From positions 8,675 through 72,674 of the forward strand of contig CAZYFH010000008.1 of the NCBI GenBank assembly GCA_964646815.1: DNA of 64,000 nucleotides, read 5' to 3'. The stretch comes from an uncultured Vicinamibacteraceae bacterium (GTDB lineage: Bacteria; Acidobacteriota; Vicinamibacteria; Vicinamibacterales; UBA8438). Numbering within the stretch: the stretch's first letter is position 1; each line of letters begins with the position of its first letter. The position numbers were made by a program, and so were the translations under genes. A model generated the notes under the pieces. The model saw nothing but the letters and a program-made list of their open reading frames with translations, searched no databases and was not told where the DNA came from. Shown piece by piece: positions 40,780-50,543 of this stretch.

Positions 40780-41429
40780 CGCTCGTTCGCGCCCAGCCTG
40801 ATGATGGCCTGCTTGAGCTCGTCAAGTGTCCGGCTATACGGGTTGAGTGCGTCAATGGCCTTGGCGAGGTCGTCGCGCCCCTGATCGTTCAGCCAGCGGG
40901 AGAAGTCGTTTGTGCGTCGACCGAGACGCAGTCTGGCTTCGAAGAAATGGAAATAGAGCGAGGCGTTCGAAATGAGCGGTAGTTTCGCGAAGAACTCCGG
41001 CACGTCGTGCGCGACTATCCCCGTCGGCAGCACGAAGCTCTTCGACCGACAGAACTGAAATGCCTCGTCGTAGCGGCACTCGTATGTCGGCCGGTCCAGG
41101 CCAGCCACGTAGTCGTCGATGGTGGAGCCAATCGTGTCGCGAAGCTCGCGAATCGTCGTGAACGCCAGCAGATCGATCGACGCCAACTTTTCGGCGAGCG
41201 CCTCCTCACGGAGCGTCTGCGACACCCAGATCGCGAAGTCGTTGTAGTACACCGGTTTCTGGAAGTTGTGGGCGAGGTATTCCTGATGCGTGTGAAAGAA
41301 GACCGATGACCCCGGCACCTTCGCCAACGCGTGTCGCAACTCGGTGAGTGTGCGGGCTTTGATCCCGGTCAGCACGACGAGCCGCAGCTCGGTGTCGAAG
41401 AGAAAGGACTTCTGGTGCTGTGGAGCCAT
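40776..41429 (-). CDS. Conserved hypothetical protein coupled to treT
   Basis: ATG at 41429 (MAPQHQKSFLFDTEL...). The stop overlaps the treT start. No function recognised. Confidence 0.5.
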   Translation of the reverse strand: MAPQHQKSFLFDTELRLVVLTGIKARTLTELRHALAKVPGSSVFFHTHQEYLAHNFQKPVYYNDFAIWVSQTLREEALAEKLASIDLLAFTTIRELRDTIGSTIDDYVAGLDRPTYECRYDEAFQFCRSKSFVLPTGIVAHDVPEFFAKLPLISNASLYFHFFEARLRLGRRTNDFSRWLNDQGRDDLAKAIDALNPYSRTLDELKQAIIRLGANER

Positions 41430-41490
41430 GGGGACGCCCAGCCAGCCAACAGTATAGGACAGGCGATGGCGCACACGCGCCGCCGTATAC

Positions 41491-42423
41491 TCAGGAGCTT
41501 GACGGTGCGTCAATCGCCGGCGCGCCGCCAGTACCGAAGACACGGTCGAAGTTGTCGGCGAAGATGGCCCGCTGCGCGTCGTCAGCGACGCCGAGTGCCG
41601 TCAGCGTCTCGAGTTGCGCCGCATGGAGAGGCTGCTGCCAGCCACGCGGAAAGAACGACGAGTCGGATCCGAACAACATGCGGCCGGCCCCCACGACGTC
41701 GAGCGTCTGTCTAAACGCGTCGGCCAGGGTGATCGGCGCCAGGTACCGCATCCACGCGTTCGAGCTCGAGGTGTCGATGTGTATGTTGGGGCAGAGGTCG
41801 GCCGCCATGAGCGTTTCGCGGAGGAACCCCGCACCAAAGTGGGGGATAATCGTCACGACGGATGGATGTGCGGCTGCGACCGGCACGAGCGCCAGCGGAT
41901 CGCCACGCCGGATATCGAACCGCGAGGGGAGCCCTAGCTTCTTTCGCACACCGACCGAGAGCACCCCGCAATGGACGAAGACCGATGCTGCGTATGCCGC
42001 GGCCTGGTCGAAGACCGCGGCGACGCGATCGTCGTCGAGCGTGAACCCGTGCATCGCTGGAAACAAGCAGGCGCAGCGCAGTCCGAGCACCGAGAATGCG
42101 CGCGCGGCGCGCGCCGGCGCGTCCACGGCCGTCGGGTCGAGCATGAACGAGCCGACCAGGCGTGCGGGATGTCGCGTGACGGCGGCGGCGACCGAGGATT
42201 CATCCCCTGGGACGCTCGCCATCACCGCGGCGCGCGCCACGTCGTGCCGGTCGAGCTCCGCGATCCAGCGGTCGGCGAGCCTCTCGGGTGAGCCCGGCGC
42301 CTCCCATCCGAGCCGCGCCGGCAGGTCGATGGGCGGGTCGTCGACGGCGGGCGCCGCCGGGTCTTGTGCCAGAGCCGCGAAGAAGCGGGCGGAGAAGAAG
42401 TGGCAGTGTGCATCGTTGATCAT
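41491..42423 (-). CDS. Amidohydrolase-2 / TIM-barrel metal-dependent hydrolase
   Basis: The N-terminal [10 protein letters not shown] (HxH metal site) and the IDTSSS and FGSD blocks are typical of the family. Confidence 0.7.
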   Translation of the reverse strand: MINDAHCHFFSARFFAALAQDPAAPAVDDPPIDLPARLGWEAPGSPERLADRWIAELDRHDVARAAVMASVPGDESSVAAAVTRHPARLVGSFMLDPTAVDAPARAARAFSVLGLRCACLFPAMHGFTLDDDRVAAVFDQAAAYAASVFVHCGVLSVGVRKKLGLPSRFDIRRGDPLALVPVAAAHPSVVTIIPHFGAGFLRETLMAADLCPNIHIDTSSSNAWMRYLAPITLADAFRQTLDVVGAGRMLFGSDSSFFPRGWQQPLHAAQLETLTALGVADDAQRAIFADNFDRVFGTGGAPAIDAPSSS

Positions 42424-42464
42424 GGCCGTGCAGTATACTTTCGGCGCCCCGGGGGTGGACGACC

Positions 42465-42698
42465 ATGGCAGCTGACAAGGTTGGTCGCAACGACCCGTGC
42501 CCGTGCGGGAGCGGGCGGAAGTATAAGCAGTGTTGCGCCAACAAGGCCGAGGGTCGGTCGCGTTTCGGCACCTACCTGCTCATTGCGGCGCTGATTGCAA
42601 TGGTCGCTGTCGTCGTCTACAACGTGACGGGCGAGCGTGGCGCTGGGCCGCGGCAGGTATGGGATCCGGACCACGGCCACTATCACACCCTGCCCTGA
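42465..42698 (+). CDS. Small SEC-C-motif protein with one TM segment
   Basis: [18 protein letters not shown] (SEC-C zinc motif), then a hydrophobic helix ([16 protein letters not shown]) and a His-rich tail (DPDHGHYH). Confidence 0.6.
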   Translation: MAADKVGRNDPCPCGSGRKYKQCCANKAEGRSRFGTYLLIAALIAMVAVVVYNVTGERGAGPRQVWDPDHGHYHTLP

Positions 42699-42783
42699 CG
42701 CCATGGTTCCCCTCAGCGTGACTGTCGGGTACATCCCTCCAGAAATCGGCTCGCTTCGGGGAAGATCGCGCCGCTAGTCACTG

Positions 42784-43770
42784 ATGCAGTACATCAACCT
42801 TGGTTCGACCGGGCTCAAGGTCTCGCGCATCTGCCTGGGAACCATGACCTTCGGGTCGCGGAAGTGGCGCGACTGGGTGCTGCCCGAAGAGGAGAGCCAC
42901 CCTTTCATCCGGCGCGCCCTGGAGGCGGGCATCAACTTCTTCGACACCGCCGACATGTACTCGCGCGGCGTCAGTGAAGAGATTCTCGGCCGGGCGCTGG
43001 CCGAGTTCACCACGCGAGATCAGGTCGTTGTTGCGACGAAGGCGTTCTTCCCGCTAACTGACGGCCTAAATTCCCAGGGGTTGTCTCGCAAGCACCTGCT
43101 GGAGGCTATCGACGGATCCCTCCGCCGTCTCGGGACCGACTACGTCGACCTTTATCAGATCCACCGGTTCGACCACGAGACGCCGATCGAGGAGACGCTC
43201 GAAACTCTGAACGACATCGTCCGCTCGGGCAAGGCGCGCTACATTGGCGCATCGAGCATGTACGCTTGGCAGTTCGCGCAGATGCTCCATCTCTCGCAGC
43301 GACGCGGCTGGGCACGGTTCGTCGCGATGCAGAACCACTACAACCTCATTTATCGGGAGGAGGAGCGCGAGATGCTGCCGCTCTGCCGGGCGGAGGGCAT
43401 CGGTGTCATTCCATGGAGCCCACTCGCGCGCGGTTTTCTCGCGGGGAACCGGCGCTCGTCCTCCGAGGATTGGGGTGCGACGCGGCGCGCGCGCACCGAT
43501 GAGTATGCGCGCCGGCTGTACTACGCGACGTCTGATTTCGCGGTGGTGGATCGTGTCATGGAGCTGGCGACCCGGCGTGGCATGCCGGCGGCGCAGATCG
43601 CGCTCGCGTGGATTCTCCGTCAGCCGGGCGTGACGGCGCCGATCGTCGGGACCACGAAGGTCGATCATCTCGATGCGGCAGTGGCGGCGCTCGAGGTGAC
43701 GCTGGATGACGACGAGTGCGGGCTCCTCGAGGAGGCGTATATGCCGCACCAAGTGCTGGGGCATGAGTAG
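42784..43770 (+). CDS. Aldo/keto reductase
   Basis: LGTMTFG, DTADMYSRGVSEEILG, DYVDLYQIHRFD and IPWSPLARGFL are classic AKR blocks. Confidence 0.9.
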   Translation: MQYINLGSTGLKVSRICLGTMTFGSRKWRDWVLPEEESHPFIRRALEAGINFFDTADMYSRGVSEEILGRALAEFTTRDQVVVATKAFFPLTDGLNSQGLSRKHLLEAIDGSLRRLGTDYVDLYQIHRFDHETPIEETLETLNDIVRSGKARYIGASSMYAWQFAQMLHLSQRRGWARFVAMQNHYNLIYREEEREMLPLCRAEGIGVIPWSPLARGFLAGNRRSSSEDWGATRRARTDEYARRLYYATSDFAVVDRVMELATRRGMPAAQIALAWILRQPGVTAPIVGTTKVDHLDAAVAALEVTLDDDECGLLEEAYMPHQVLGHE

Positions 43771-43775
43771 ACGCA

Positions 43776-43800
43776 GATGCGGGGTTCAGGGTTCAGAGAT
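43776..43800 (+). repeat. GGGGTTCAG-type post-stop motif (copy 2, downstream of the AKR gene)
   Basis: TAG-ACGCAGATGCGGGGTTCAGGGTTCAGAG matches copy 1 at 20 of 26 positions, at the same offset from a TAG stop and in the same gene-sense orientation. Confidence 0.35.
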
Positions 43801-44269
43801 CTTCCGCTCCGCACCCTGAAAGTCCAGGATCCGTGGGATGTAGTAGCAGCACCCCCCCCACTGCGCTTTTGTCGATCCGGCGTCACACCGGCCGCATCAT
43901 TGTCGCCCGCGAGGAGCAGACTCCCCTCCTCCACGCGCCCGATCACGGGTAGTCGACATCGGTGTTGACACCTGGGTGGGACGCGACATTCACGTCGATA
44001 ATCGAGCGCGACCGGTGGCGCCGGCCCTCGTGACAAGAGCGGGGAATCCCCGTGTTTTTGGCTCTGACGACTTTACCCAACGGTACCCGTTTCTGACCTG
44101 CGCTTTGCACCCGCACGACTGAACGGAGAGCCACCGCTGTAGGGGGTGGCGCTGTACGACCGCGCGAAGCCCCGCGCATCACTCCCAGGTTGTCGGTCGC
44201 GCTCGCGATGAAACATGTTGCCACCATTTTCAGCAGGTGTGCGCATCGGAGGCGCTCTCGAATGGAACT

Positions 44270-45210
44270 GACCTGAAAGGCGACGCGGATTCGGCTCTTC
44301 AATTTTGCTTTACCGCATATGAGCGCGTTCCACATGACCTGGTTAGGCATCGCGCCGCTGATGAAGATCGTGCGCGACGAAATGGCATTGACTCAGTTGC
44401 GGATCAGTAACCTGGTCATTGGATCGGTCACGGTCATGGCCCGGTTGTTCATCGGTTGGCTCTGCGATCGCCTCAGGCCGCGGCTCGCGTATACATGGCT
44501 CCTCCCCTTGAGCTCGTTGCCCGTGATGGGGATCTGTTTCGCACACGACCACCAGACGTTCCTGATTTTTCGTGTGCTAATTGGCGCCATCGGCGCGTTG
44601 TTCGTGATCACGCAGCACCACACCTCCGTGATTCTTGCGCCCAATGTCGTGGGGACCGCCAACGCGACCACCGCCGGTTGGTGCAACTTCGGTGGCGGCG
44701 TCACGCAGCTCGTCATGCCGATCGTGCTCGGCATCCTGACGGTCGGCGCCTATTTCCCATTCACGGAGGTCCAATTCCTGCCGGGGTTCGGCCCTGAGCG
44801 ACGCGGCTGGATGGCGCGTGGCGATGGTGCTGGCCGGGGCGATGTGCGCCCTGGTCGGCGTGGCGTACTGCTTCCTGACCAGAGACGCCCTCAAGGGGAA
44901 CTATCGTGACCTGCGCGCCCCCGGAAAGCTGCCGACGTCGCAGAGCGTCAAAGGTTCGTTCGTGGTGGCCGCGCAAGAACCACACGTCTGGATGCTCTTG
45001 GTCATCTACGGGGCATGCTTTCGGATGGAGTTGACGCTGATCAACGTGCTCGCGCTCTACTTCATCGAGTATTTCGAGTTCTTCTAGTCGATGGGTACCG
45101 TGCAGGCGTTGCAATGGGCTGGCGCGGCCGCGATGCTCTACGGACTGACCGACGTGTTCGCGCGAACCCTACCTGTGCAGGCCGCGGTGAAAGACACGGT
45201 CGTGCCGTAT
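44270..45210 (+). pseudogene. narK: NarK/NasA-type (NNP family) nitrate/nitrite transporter, heavily decayed
   Basis: Fragments occur in three frames: PHMSAFHMTW(gap)LGIAPLM...VVGTANATTAGWCNFGGGVTQLVMP (the NNP signature GWGNxGGG region); MAMVLAGAMCALVGVAYCFLTRDALKGNYRDL...VIYGACFRMELTLINVLALYFIEYF*; and LQWAGAAAMLYGLTDVFAR. There is an internal deletion in TM1, frameshifts and premature stops. Confidence 0.65.
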
Positions 45211-45417
45211 CTGCTGGCGGAAGGCCCCGACGGGCAGTTGGGCTATCTGAGGCGACAGCTGGGCGCGGGAGCGCGCTGAACGCGAGGCTCAAGGGTCCCA
45301 AGAGGCCCAGGCTCGGGAGTCGACCTCAAGCTACGCTCCCCTCGTCCGCAGTCTTCGATTCCCGGCTCGGAAGCGACACCCTCGCTTGGGAACCGTGGAA
45401 CTCTTGGAATCTCGCGA

Positions 45418-48400
45418 CTACTCTTCCAATCGCTTCATCCCATTCTCGTAGATCTGGCGCACGCGTCCAGTGATCTCTCGGTAGCGTTGTAGCAGCGCAG
45501 ACCCGGTCGCGGGTTCGATCGGAAGACGATTGGCGACCGGGTCCAGGTCTGCCGGATTGTTAGTGATCGAGCTCACGCTGGTATTGGCCTCGATACGGAC
45601 CGCGGTTTCCAACGTTCGAAGAAAGAGATGCGCATCGCACAATGCGTCGGCGTCGGCGCGATCGACGAACGAGGTGTCAGGCCACGCGCGCAACAGCTGT
45701 CGCGTGCCGGCACCTCGGAACTCCGTGCGCGCTGGACCTTCGCGAAGCTGCAGCGTCTGCACGAGAAAGTCGATGTCGGCGAGTCCGCCGAGCCCGCGCT
45801 TGAGGTCGTGCCGGCCACTCTCGGCTTCGCGCGAGAGCTCGCGCTCGACACGTGATCGCATGTGACGTGCGTACGCCGGAATCTCACTCGTCCACGTGGC
45901 GTAGACGAAATCGTTGACCGCCGCACCGACCTCCTCCGCGAGCGCGGCGTCACCCGCCACGACGCGGCATCGTGTCCAGGCCATCCGCTCCCAGATCTCC
46001 GCGCGCTCGTCGAGATAGCGGCGAAAAGTCACGAGCGGAACGGTGATCGCGCCCTTCTCGCCTTCTGGTCGAAGGCGCGCGTCGAGCTGGTATGCCGACC
46101 CGAACGATGTCCGCGCGTCGAGGAACTCGTGTAGCGCGCGCACGAATCTCTGTTGCCGCTCGAACTGCGCGGCGTCACCGGGATCCCCTCGATAGAGAAA
46201 CACCAGGTCGAGGTCGGAATGCACTGTGAGCTCTCGGCCACCCAACTTGCCGAGTGCCAGGACGACCCAGGCGCCATCGCCAGTGTCCGGCAACCGCTCG
46301 TCGGCGACCTCGCGTGCCGCCGTGTTGACTGCTGCGTCGGCGATTACCGACAGCTTGTTCGTGAGCCGGTCGAGGTGCCCCACCGACAGCCATTCAGCGA
46401 GTGCCTTGAACTCCTCGATCATCTTGATTCTCCGAAACGGATCCCTCAACGCCTCAAGTGTCGTGTCAGGCGCGGCAAGCTCGGCGAACGCCCTTCGGAC
46501 CGCTGCCCCGAACGCGTCCGGATCAAGCGGGGGGACGACGAGCGAATCGAGAAGCTCCGGAAACCGCGCCAACCGCTCTGCGAAGAGGTCGCCCGCATCG
46601 AGCACGATCAAGAGCCGCACGCGCAGGTCGTCGCTTTCGAGCAGACTGCGGTAGAGTGCCGCCGCCGCCCCGGAGCGATCCACGATGGTTTCGAGTCGCA
46701 TCAGCGCTGTCGCCGACGTCACGCCGCTCGCGAGGTCGGGGAGGACCGATGCCAGCAGGTTGGCCAACAGGTTCCGCGTGGCGGACGGTGAGTGGGCGTG
46801 CGAGGGCACGTCGTCGAGCGCGCGGATGGCCCTGAACACGGCGTCGGCGTCGCTGATGCCGCCCGCGCGAAGGTGGTCAATCGCATCCGTTTTACTCATT
46901 TCCCCGGCCAGCACGCGAAAGAACTGGCGGGCTTGGAAGCCGGTATCGTCGCCGCGTCGGTCGAGCAGGCTGGCATAGACGTCGTGCACTCGCACGCGGT
47001 GTCGGTCGAGTTCGGCCATGAGACGCGCGGTGGTGTCGAGCCCGGTGCGTCTGGCCAGAATCCTGAGCTCGGCGTCACTGTCTTTCAGGCTGTGCGTCTG
47101 CGTCTCCTGCACGATCTGCAACCGATGCTCCACCTTGCGGAGAAACTCGTAGGCGGTCTGCATGTCCACGCGCACCGCCTCGTCCACGAACCCGTGCCGT
47201 TCGAGCGCCGCCAGCGCCGACAGCGTGTTGCCGTCCTGCAGGTCGACCACATCCGCTCCGTAGATCAGCTGAAAGACCTGAGTGAAGAGCTCGATCTCCC
47301 TGATCCCGCCGCGACCGACCTTCACGTTGCGTTCGGTGGCCTCGTGCCGCGCGTGCTCGCGATCGGCACGCGCCTTGTAGCGCGCCAGCTCTTCGATCGC
47401 GGCGTGGTCGAGATACTTGCGGTAGACGAACGGGCGAACCATTTCGACGAAGCGTTGGCCCAGTGCGGCGTCGCCCGCGACGGGCCGTGCCTTGATCAGC
47501 GCGAACCGTTCGAAGGTTTCTCCCATGCTCTCGTAGTACTGCGCGCACTGCGCGAGCGACAGGGCGAGGCTGCCGCGCGGTCCCATCGGCCGCAGGCGCA
47601 AGTCGACCCGGTAGAGATAGCCTTCGGCCGTATGTTCTCCAAGCAGTGCCGTCAGTCGCCGCCCGAGTTTCTGGAAACGGTTGTGGGCAGTTCCGTCCTC
47701 CGGTTCGGTCGGCTCGTAGACGTAGACGAGGTCGATATCGGAGCTGTAGTTCAGCTCGCGCCCGCCGAGCTTGCCCATTCCGATTACGGTGAAGGCGCCC
47801 GGGAGCGGGTCCTCCGTGCGGAGCTCGGCCATCGCCACCCGCAGGGCGCCGCTGGCCATCGCATCTGCGAGATTCGACAGCTGCTCCGTGGTCGACCGGA
47901 GTGTGTCGGTGCCGAGAAGGTCCCGTCCCGCGATCCGGAGTATCTCGCGCCGCTGAAACCGGTTCAAGGCGTCGCGACGACGTGTGTCCCTGCTGTCCTC
48001 GCTCAAGAGCCGATCGAGCTCACGTCCGTATGCAATGTGGTCGGGCGGCGATCGATCAAGCTCGCCTTGTAGCCAATGAAAGTACTCCGGACTGCGGATC
48101 AGGATCTCGCTCAGAAACGGGGAGCTGCCGAGGAGCATGGCGAGCACCTGGAGCGAGCGCGGGTCATCGAGCAGATAGCCGAGGAACGAGCTCTTCGGTG
48201 TCCGGGTCGCCATGTAGCGGCAGAACCCGACGAGGGCCGCATCCGGGTCCGGCGCCGCGCCCAGATGCTCGAACAGTGATTCCGCAAGCTCGCCGAGCGC
48301 GAGACGGGTGGGCAGATCTTCCGCTAGGTGCTGCAGGTGCCGGTCGGCCGCTTCCGGGTTGCGGAATCCCCGGGTGCGGAGGAACTGAGCCGCGGCCGCC

Positions 48401-48465
48401 TCTGACAGGTCATATGCCAGAAGCACGTCGCGAGGGTGGACGTCGGACGCCGCGTCATCCGTCAT
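45418..48465 (-). CDS. glnE: Bifunctional glutamine synthetase adenylyltransferase/adenylyl-removing enzyme
   Basis: 1015 aa with two nucleotidyltransferase halves (GMGKLGGRELNYSSDIDLVYVY and LGKLGGRELTVHSDLDLVFLY). Confidence 0.9.
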   Translation of the reverse strand: MTDDAASDVHPRDVLLAYDLSEAAAAQFLRTRGFRNPEAADRHLQHLAEDLPTRLALGELAESLFEHLGAAPDPDAALVGFCRYMATRTPKSSFLGYLLDDPRSLQVLAMLLGSSPFLSEILIRSPEYFHWLQGELDRSPPDHIAYGRELDRLLSEDSRDTRRRDALNRFQRREILRIAGRDLLGTDTLRSTTEQLSNLADAMASGALRVAMAELRTEDPLPGAFTVIGMGKLGGRELNYSSDIDLVYVYEPTEPEDGTAHNRFQKLGRRLTALLGEHTAEGYLYRVDLRLRPMGPRGSLALSLAQCAQYYESMGETFERFALIKARPVAGDAALGQRFVEMVRPFVYRKYLDHAAIEELARYKARADREHARHEATERNVKVGRGGIREIELFTQVFQLIYGADVVDLQDGNTLSALAALERHGFVDEAVRVDMQTAYEFLRKVEHRLQIVQETQTHSLKDSDAELRILARRTGLDTTARLMAELDRHRVRVHDVYASLLDRRGDDTGFQARQFFRVLAGEMSKTDAIDHLRAGGISDADAVFRAIRALDDVPSHAHSPSATRNLLANLLASVLPDLASGVTSATALMRLETIVDRSGAAAALYRSLLESDDLRVRLLIVLDAGDLFAERLARFPELLDSLVVPPLDPDAFGAAVRRAFAELAAPDTTLEALRDPFRRIKMIEEFKALAEWLSVGHLDRLTNKLSVIADAAVNTAAREVADERLPDTGDGAWVVLALGKLGGRELTVHSDLDLVFLYRGDPGDAAQFERQQRFVRALHEFLDARTSFGSAYQLDARLRPEGEKGAITVPLVTFRRYLDERAEIWERMAWTRCRVVAGDAALAEEVGAAVNDFVYATWTSEIPAYARHMRSRVERELSREAESGRHDLKRGLGGLADIDFLVQTLQLREGPARTEFRGAGTRQLLRAWPDTSFVDRADADALCDAHLFLRTLETAVRIEANTSVSSITNNPADLDPVANRLPIEPATGSALLQRYREITGRVRQIYENGMKRLEE

Positions 48466-48504
48466 AACTAGATGCGCTTTGCCTCAACCTCCCGCAACCG
48501 CTAC

Positions 48505-48516
48505 GGGGGGGGGGGG
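48505..48516. repeat. G12 (C12 on the coding strand) homopolymer about 40 nt upstream of the glnE start
   Basis: Read directly from the sequence: ctac-GGGGGGGGGGGG-aggg. Confidence 0.9.
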
Positions 48517-48563
48517 AGGGCGAGTGCCCCACTCCACGGTCGCGCGGCGCGCTGTGCGCGCCT
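48513..48563. repeat. 51-nt GC-rich intergenic repeat, copy 1 (upstream of glnE)
   Basis: GGGGAGGGCGAGTGCCCCACTCCACGGTCGCGCGGCGCGCTGTGCGCGCCT matches copy 2 at 42 of 51 positions. It contains a GGCGCGC-TGT-GCGCGCC hairpin. Confidence 0.6.
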
Positions 48564-48632
48564 ACTGTCTCAACGAAACTTGACACATATGCACGAGTCC
48601 CGGGTTTAAGACAGCAAGTGGGACCGCGATGA

Positions 48633-48661
48633 CCCCTGGGCGGCCTGTCGCAGCCCAGGGG
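48633..48661 (-). terminator. Hairpin downstream of glnA
   Basis: CCCCTGGGC-(11 nt)-GCCCAGGGG forms a 9-bp stem about 20 nt after the glnA stop. No U-tract. Confidence 0.4.
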
Positions 48662-48682
48662 GTCGCTAGGATCGAGCGCGGG

Positions 48683-50119
48683 CTAGATATCAAAATAGAG
48701 CGCAAACTCCCACGGATGCGGCCGCAGGCGAATGGCGTCGACTTCGTTCTCGCGCTTGTAGGCGATCCAGTTCTCGATCACGTCGCGCGTGAACACGTCG
48801 CCCTTCAGCAGGAAGTCGTGATCGGCCTCGAGCGCGTCGAGCACCTCAGAGAGGTCCGCTGGTGTGCTGTCGATCTTCGCGAGCTCCTCCGGCGGCAAGT
48901 CGTAGAGGTCCTTGTCGAGTGGCCCAGGCGGCGTCAGCTTATTCTGGATACCGTCGAGGCCGGCCATCAGCATCGCGCTGAACGCCAGGTAGCCGTTGCA
49001 GGTCGGGTCCGGGAACCGGCACTCGACGCGCTTCGACTTCTCGCTGCTCGAATAGACCGGGATCCGGACGGCGGCACTCCGATTACGCATCGAGTAGATC
49101 AGGTTGATGGGCGCCTCGTAACCCGGGACTAACCGACGATAGGAATTGGTGGTCGGGTTGGTCAGTGCGAGGAGCGCCGGCGCGTGCTTGAGCAGCCCGC
49201 CGATGTAGTAGAGCGCCGTCTTGCTGAGGTCGCCGTACGTGCCGGCCTCGAAGAATTGGTTCCGCTTGCCCTTCCAGATGCTCTGGTGGACGTGCATGCC
49301 CGAGCCGTTGTCCTGGAAGATCGGCTTCGGCATCATCGTGACGACTTTGCCGTGGCGGCGGGCGACGTTTTTGACGGCGTACTTGTACTTGAGGAGCTTG
49401 TCGCCCATGCTCACGAGCGAGTCGAACCGCATGTCGATCTCGGCTTGGCCGGCGGTGCCAACCTCGTGGTGATGTACCTCGATCTCGACGCCGATCGACT
49501 CCAGCATCAGCATCATCTCGGTGCGGATGTCCTGCAAGCTATCCATCGGAGGGACCGGGAAGTAGCCCTCTTTGTACCGCGGTTTGTACCCGAGGTTGTG
49601 CGATGCCCCGGCGCTGTCCGGGTTCTCGACGCGGCCCGCATTCCAGAAACCCTCGGTAGCGTCGATGTGGTAGAAGCCCTCGTTGTAGGTCTGACCGAAG
49701 CGGACATCATCCAGGATGAAGAACTCGGGCTCGGGACCGAAATACGCCGTGTCACCAATGCCCGTGGACTTCAGATAGGCCTCGGCCTTCTGCGCGATGT
49801 GGCGCGGGTCTCGGGAATACGACTCTCCGGTGATCGGGTCCTTCACATTGCAGATCAGGCACAAGGTTGGCGCCGCTGCGAAGGGATCAACAAAGGCCGT
49901 CGCCGGGTCCGGGAACAGCAGCATGTCACTTTCCTGGATCTGCTGGAACCCGCGAATACTCGATCCATCGAAGCCGATCCCCTCGTCGAACACATCAACG
50001 GCGAACTCCTTCGCCGAGACCGTGAAGTGCTGCCAGAGACCAGGCAGATCGACGAATCTTAGGTCGATGGCCACAATGCCCTTCTCCTTGATGAGCGCCA
50101 TGACGTCTGTTGCTTTCAT
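48683..50119 (-). CDS. glnA: Glutamine synthetase type I
   Basis: Canonical GSI blocks are present ([57 protein letters not shown]), including an adenylylation-loop-like region. Confidence 0.95.
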   Translation of the reverse strand: MKATDVMALIKEKGIVAIDLRFVDLPGLWQHFTVSAKEFAVDVFDEGIGFDGSSIRGFQQIQESDMLLFPDPATAFVDPFAAAPTLCLICNVKDPITGESYSRDPRHIAQKAEAYLKSTGIGDTAYFGPEPEFFILDDVRFGQTYNEGFYHIDATEGFWNAGRVENPDSAGASHNLGYKPRYKEGYFPVPPMDSLQDIRTEMMLMLESIGVEIEVHHHEVGTAGQAEIDMRFDSLVSMGDKLLKYKYAVKNVARRHGKVVTMMPKPIFQDNGSGMHVHQSIWKGKRNQFFEAGTYGDLSKTALYYIGGLLKHAPALLALTNPTTNSYRRLVPGYEAPINLIYSMRNRSAAVRIPVYSSSEKSKRVECRFPDPTCNGYLAFSAMLMAGLDGIQNKLTPPGPLDKDLYDLPPEELAKIDSTPADLSEVLDALEADHDFLLKGDVFTRDVIENWIAYKRENEVDAIRLRPHPWEFALYFDI

Positions 50120-50210
50120 CCGTTACCTCCAAAACTCTAGGTGTTGACTACGATGACCAGGGTTTGCGTTTTGTACAGTTCCGAGCTGTCGCACGGCGAG
50201 TCCCGTCGGC

Positions 50211-50543
50211 TCATACCACATCCCGCTCGCCGGTTCGAATGACGCGGCTTTGTTCGACCGGCATGACGAACACGCGACCGTCGCCGATCTCGCCGGTTCG
50301 CGCGGCTGTCATGATCGCGTCGATTGCCTCCTCGACAGCCTCGTCCGCCACGACGACTTCGATCTCCATCTTGGGCAGCAGGCTGACCTCATATTCGCTT
50401 CCTCGATAGACTGGTGAATGCCCACGCTGGCGCCCGTGGCCCCGCACTTCCGTCACCGTCAGGCCCGCGATGGCGTTTCGGGCGAGCGCGTCCTTGATGT
50501 CGTCGACCTTGTTCGGGCGTACGATGGCCTTGATGAGTTTCAT
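50211..50543 (-). CDS. glnB: Nitrogen regulatory protein P-II
   Basis: MKLIKAIVRPNKVDDIKDAL...TVTEVRGHGRQRGH..VYRGSEY (T-loop Tyr) ...TGEIGDGRVFV. The start overlaps the glnD stop. Confidence 0.9.
   Translation of the reverse strand: MKLIKAIVRPNKVDDIKDALARNAIAGLTVTEVRGHGRQRGHSPVYRGSEYEVSLLPKMEIEVVVADEAVEEAIDAIMTAARTGEIGDGRVFVMPVEQSRVIRTGERDVV

Noticed and set aside
48517-48528. An identical 12-mer, GGGCGAGTGCCC, at 48517 and 62228 suggested a third copy of the 51-nt repeat.
   Set aside because: The similarity ends after the 12-mer, which is a self-complementary GGGC/GCCC mini-hairpin. Exact 12-mer sharing is expected by chance many times in 64 kb of GC-biased sequence.
50120-50210. A sigma54 promoter upstream of glnA, expected because a sigma54 activator is encoded nearby.
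   Set aside because: No TGGCAC-N5-TTGC with correct spacing on the coding strand. The nearest GG...GC pairs are mis-spaced by 3 nt. No convincing sigma70 boxes either, so no promoter is called.
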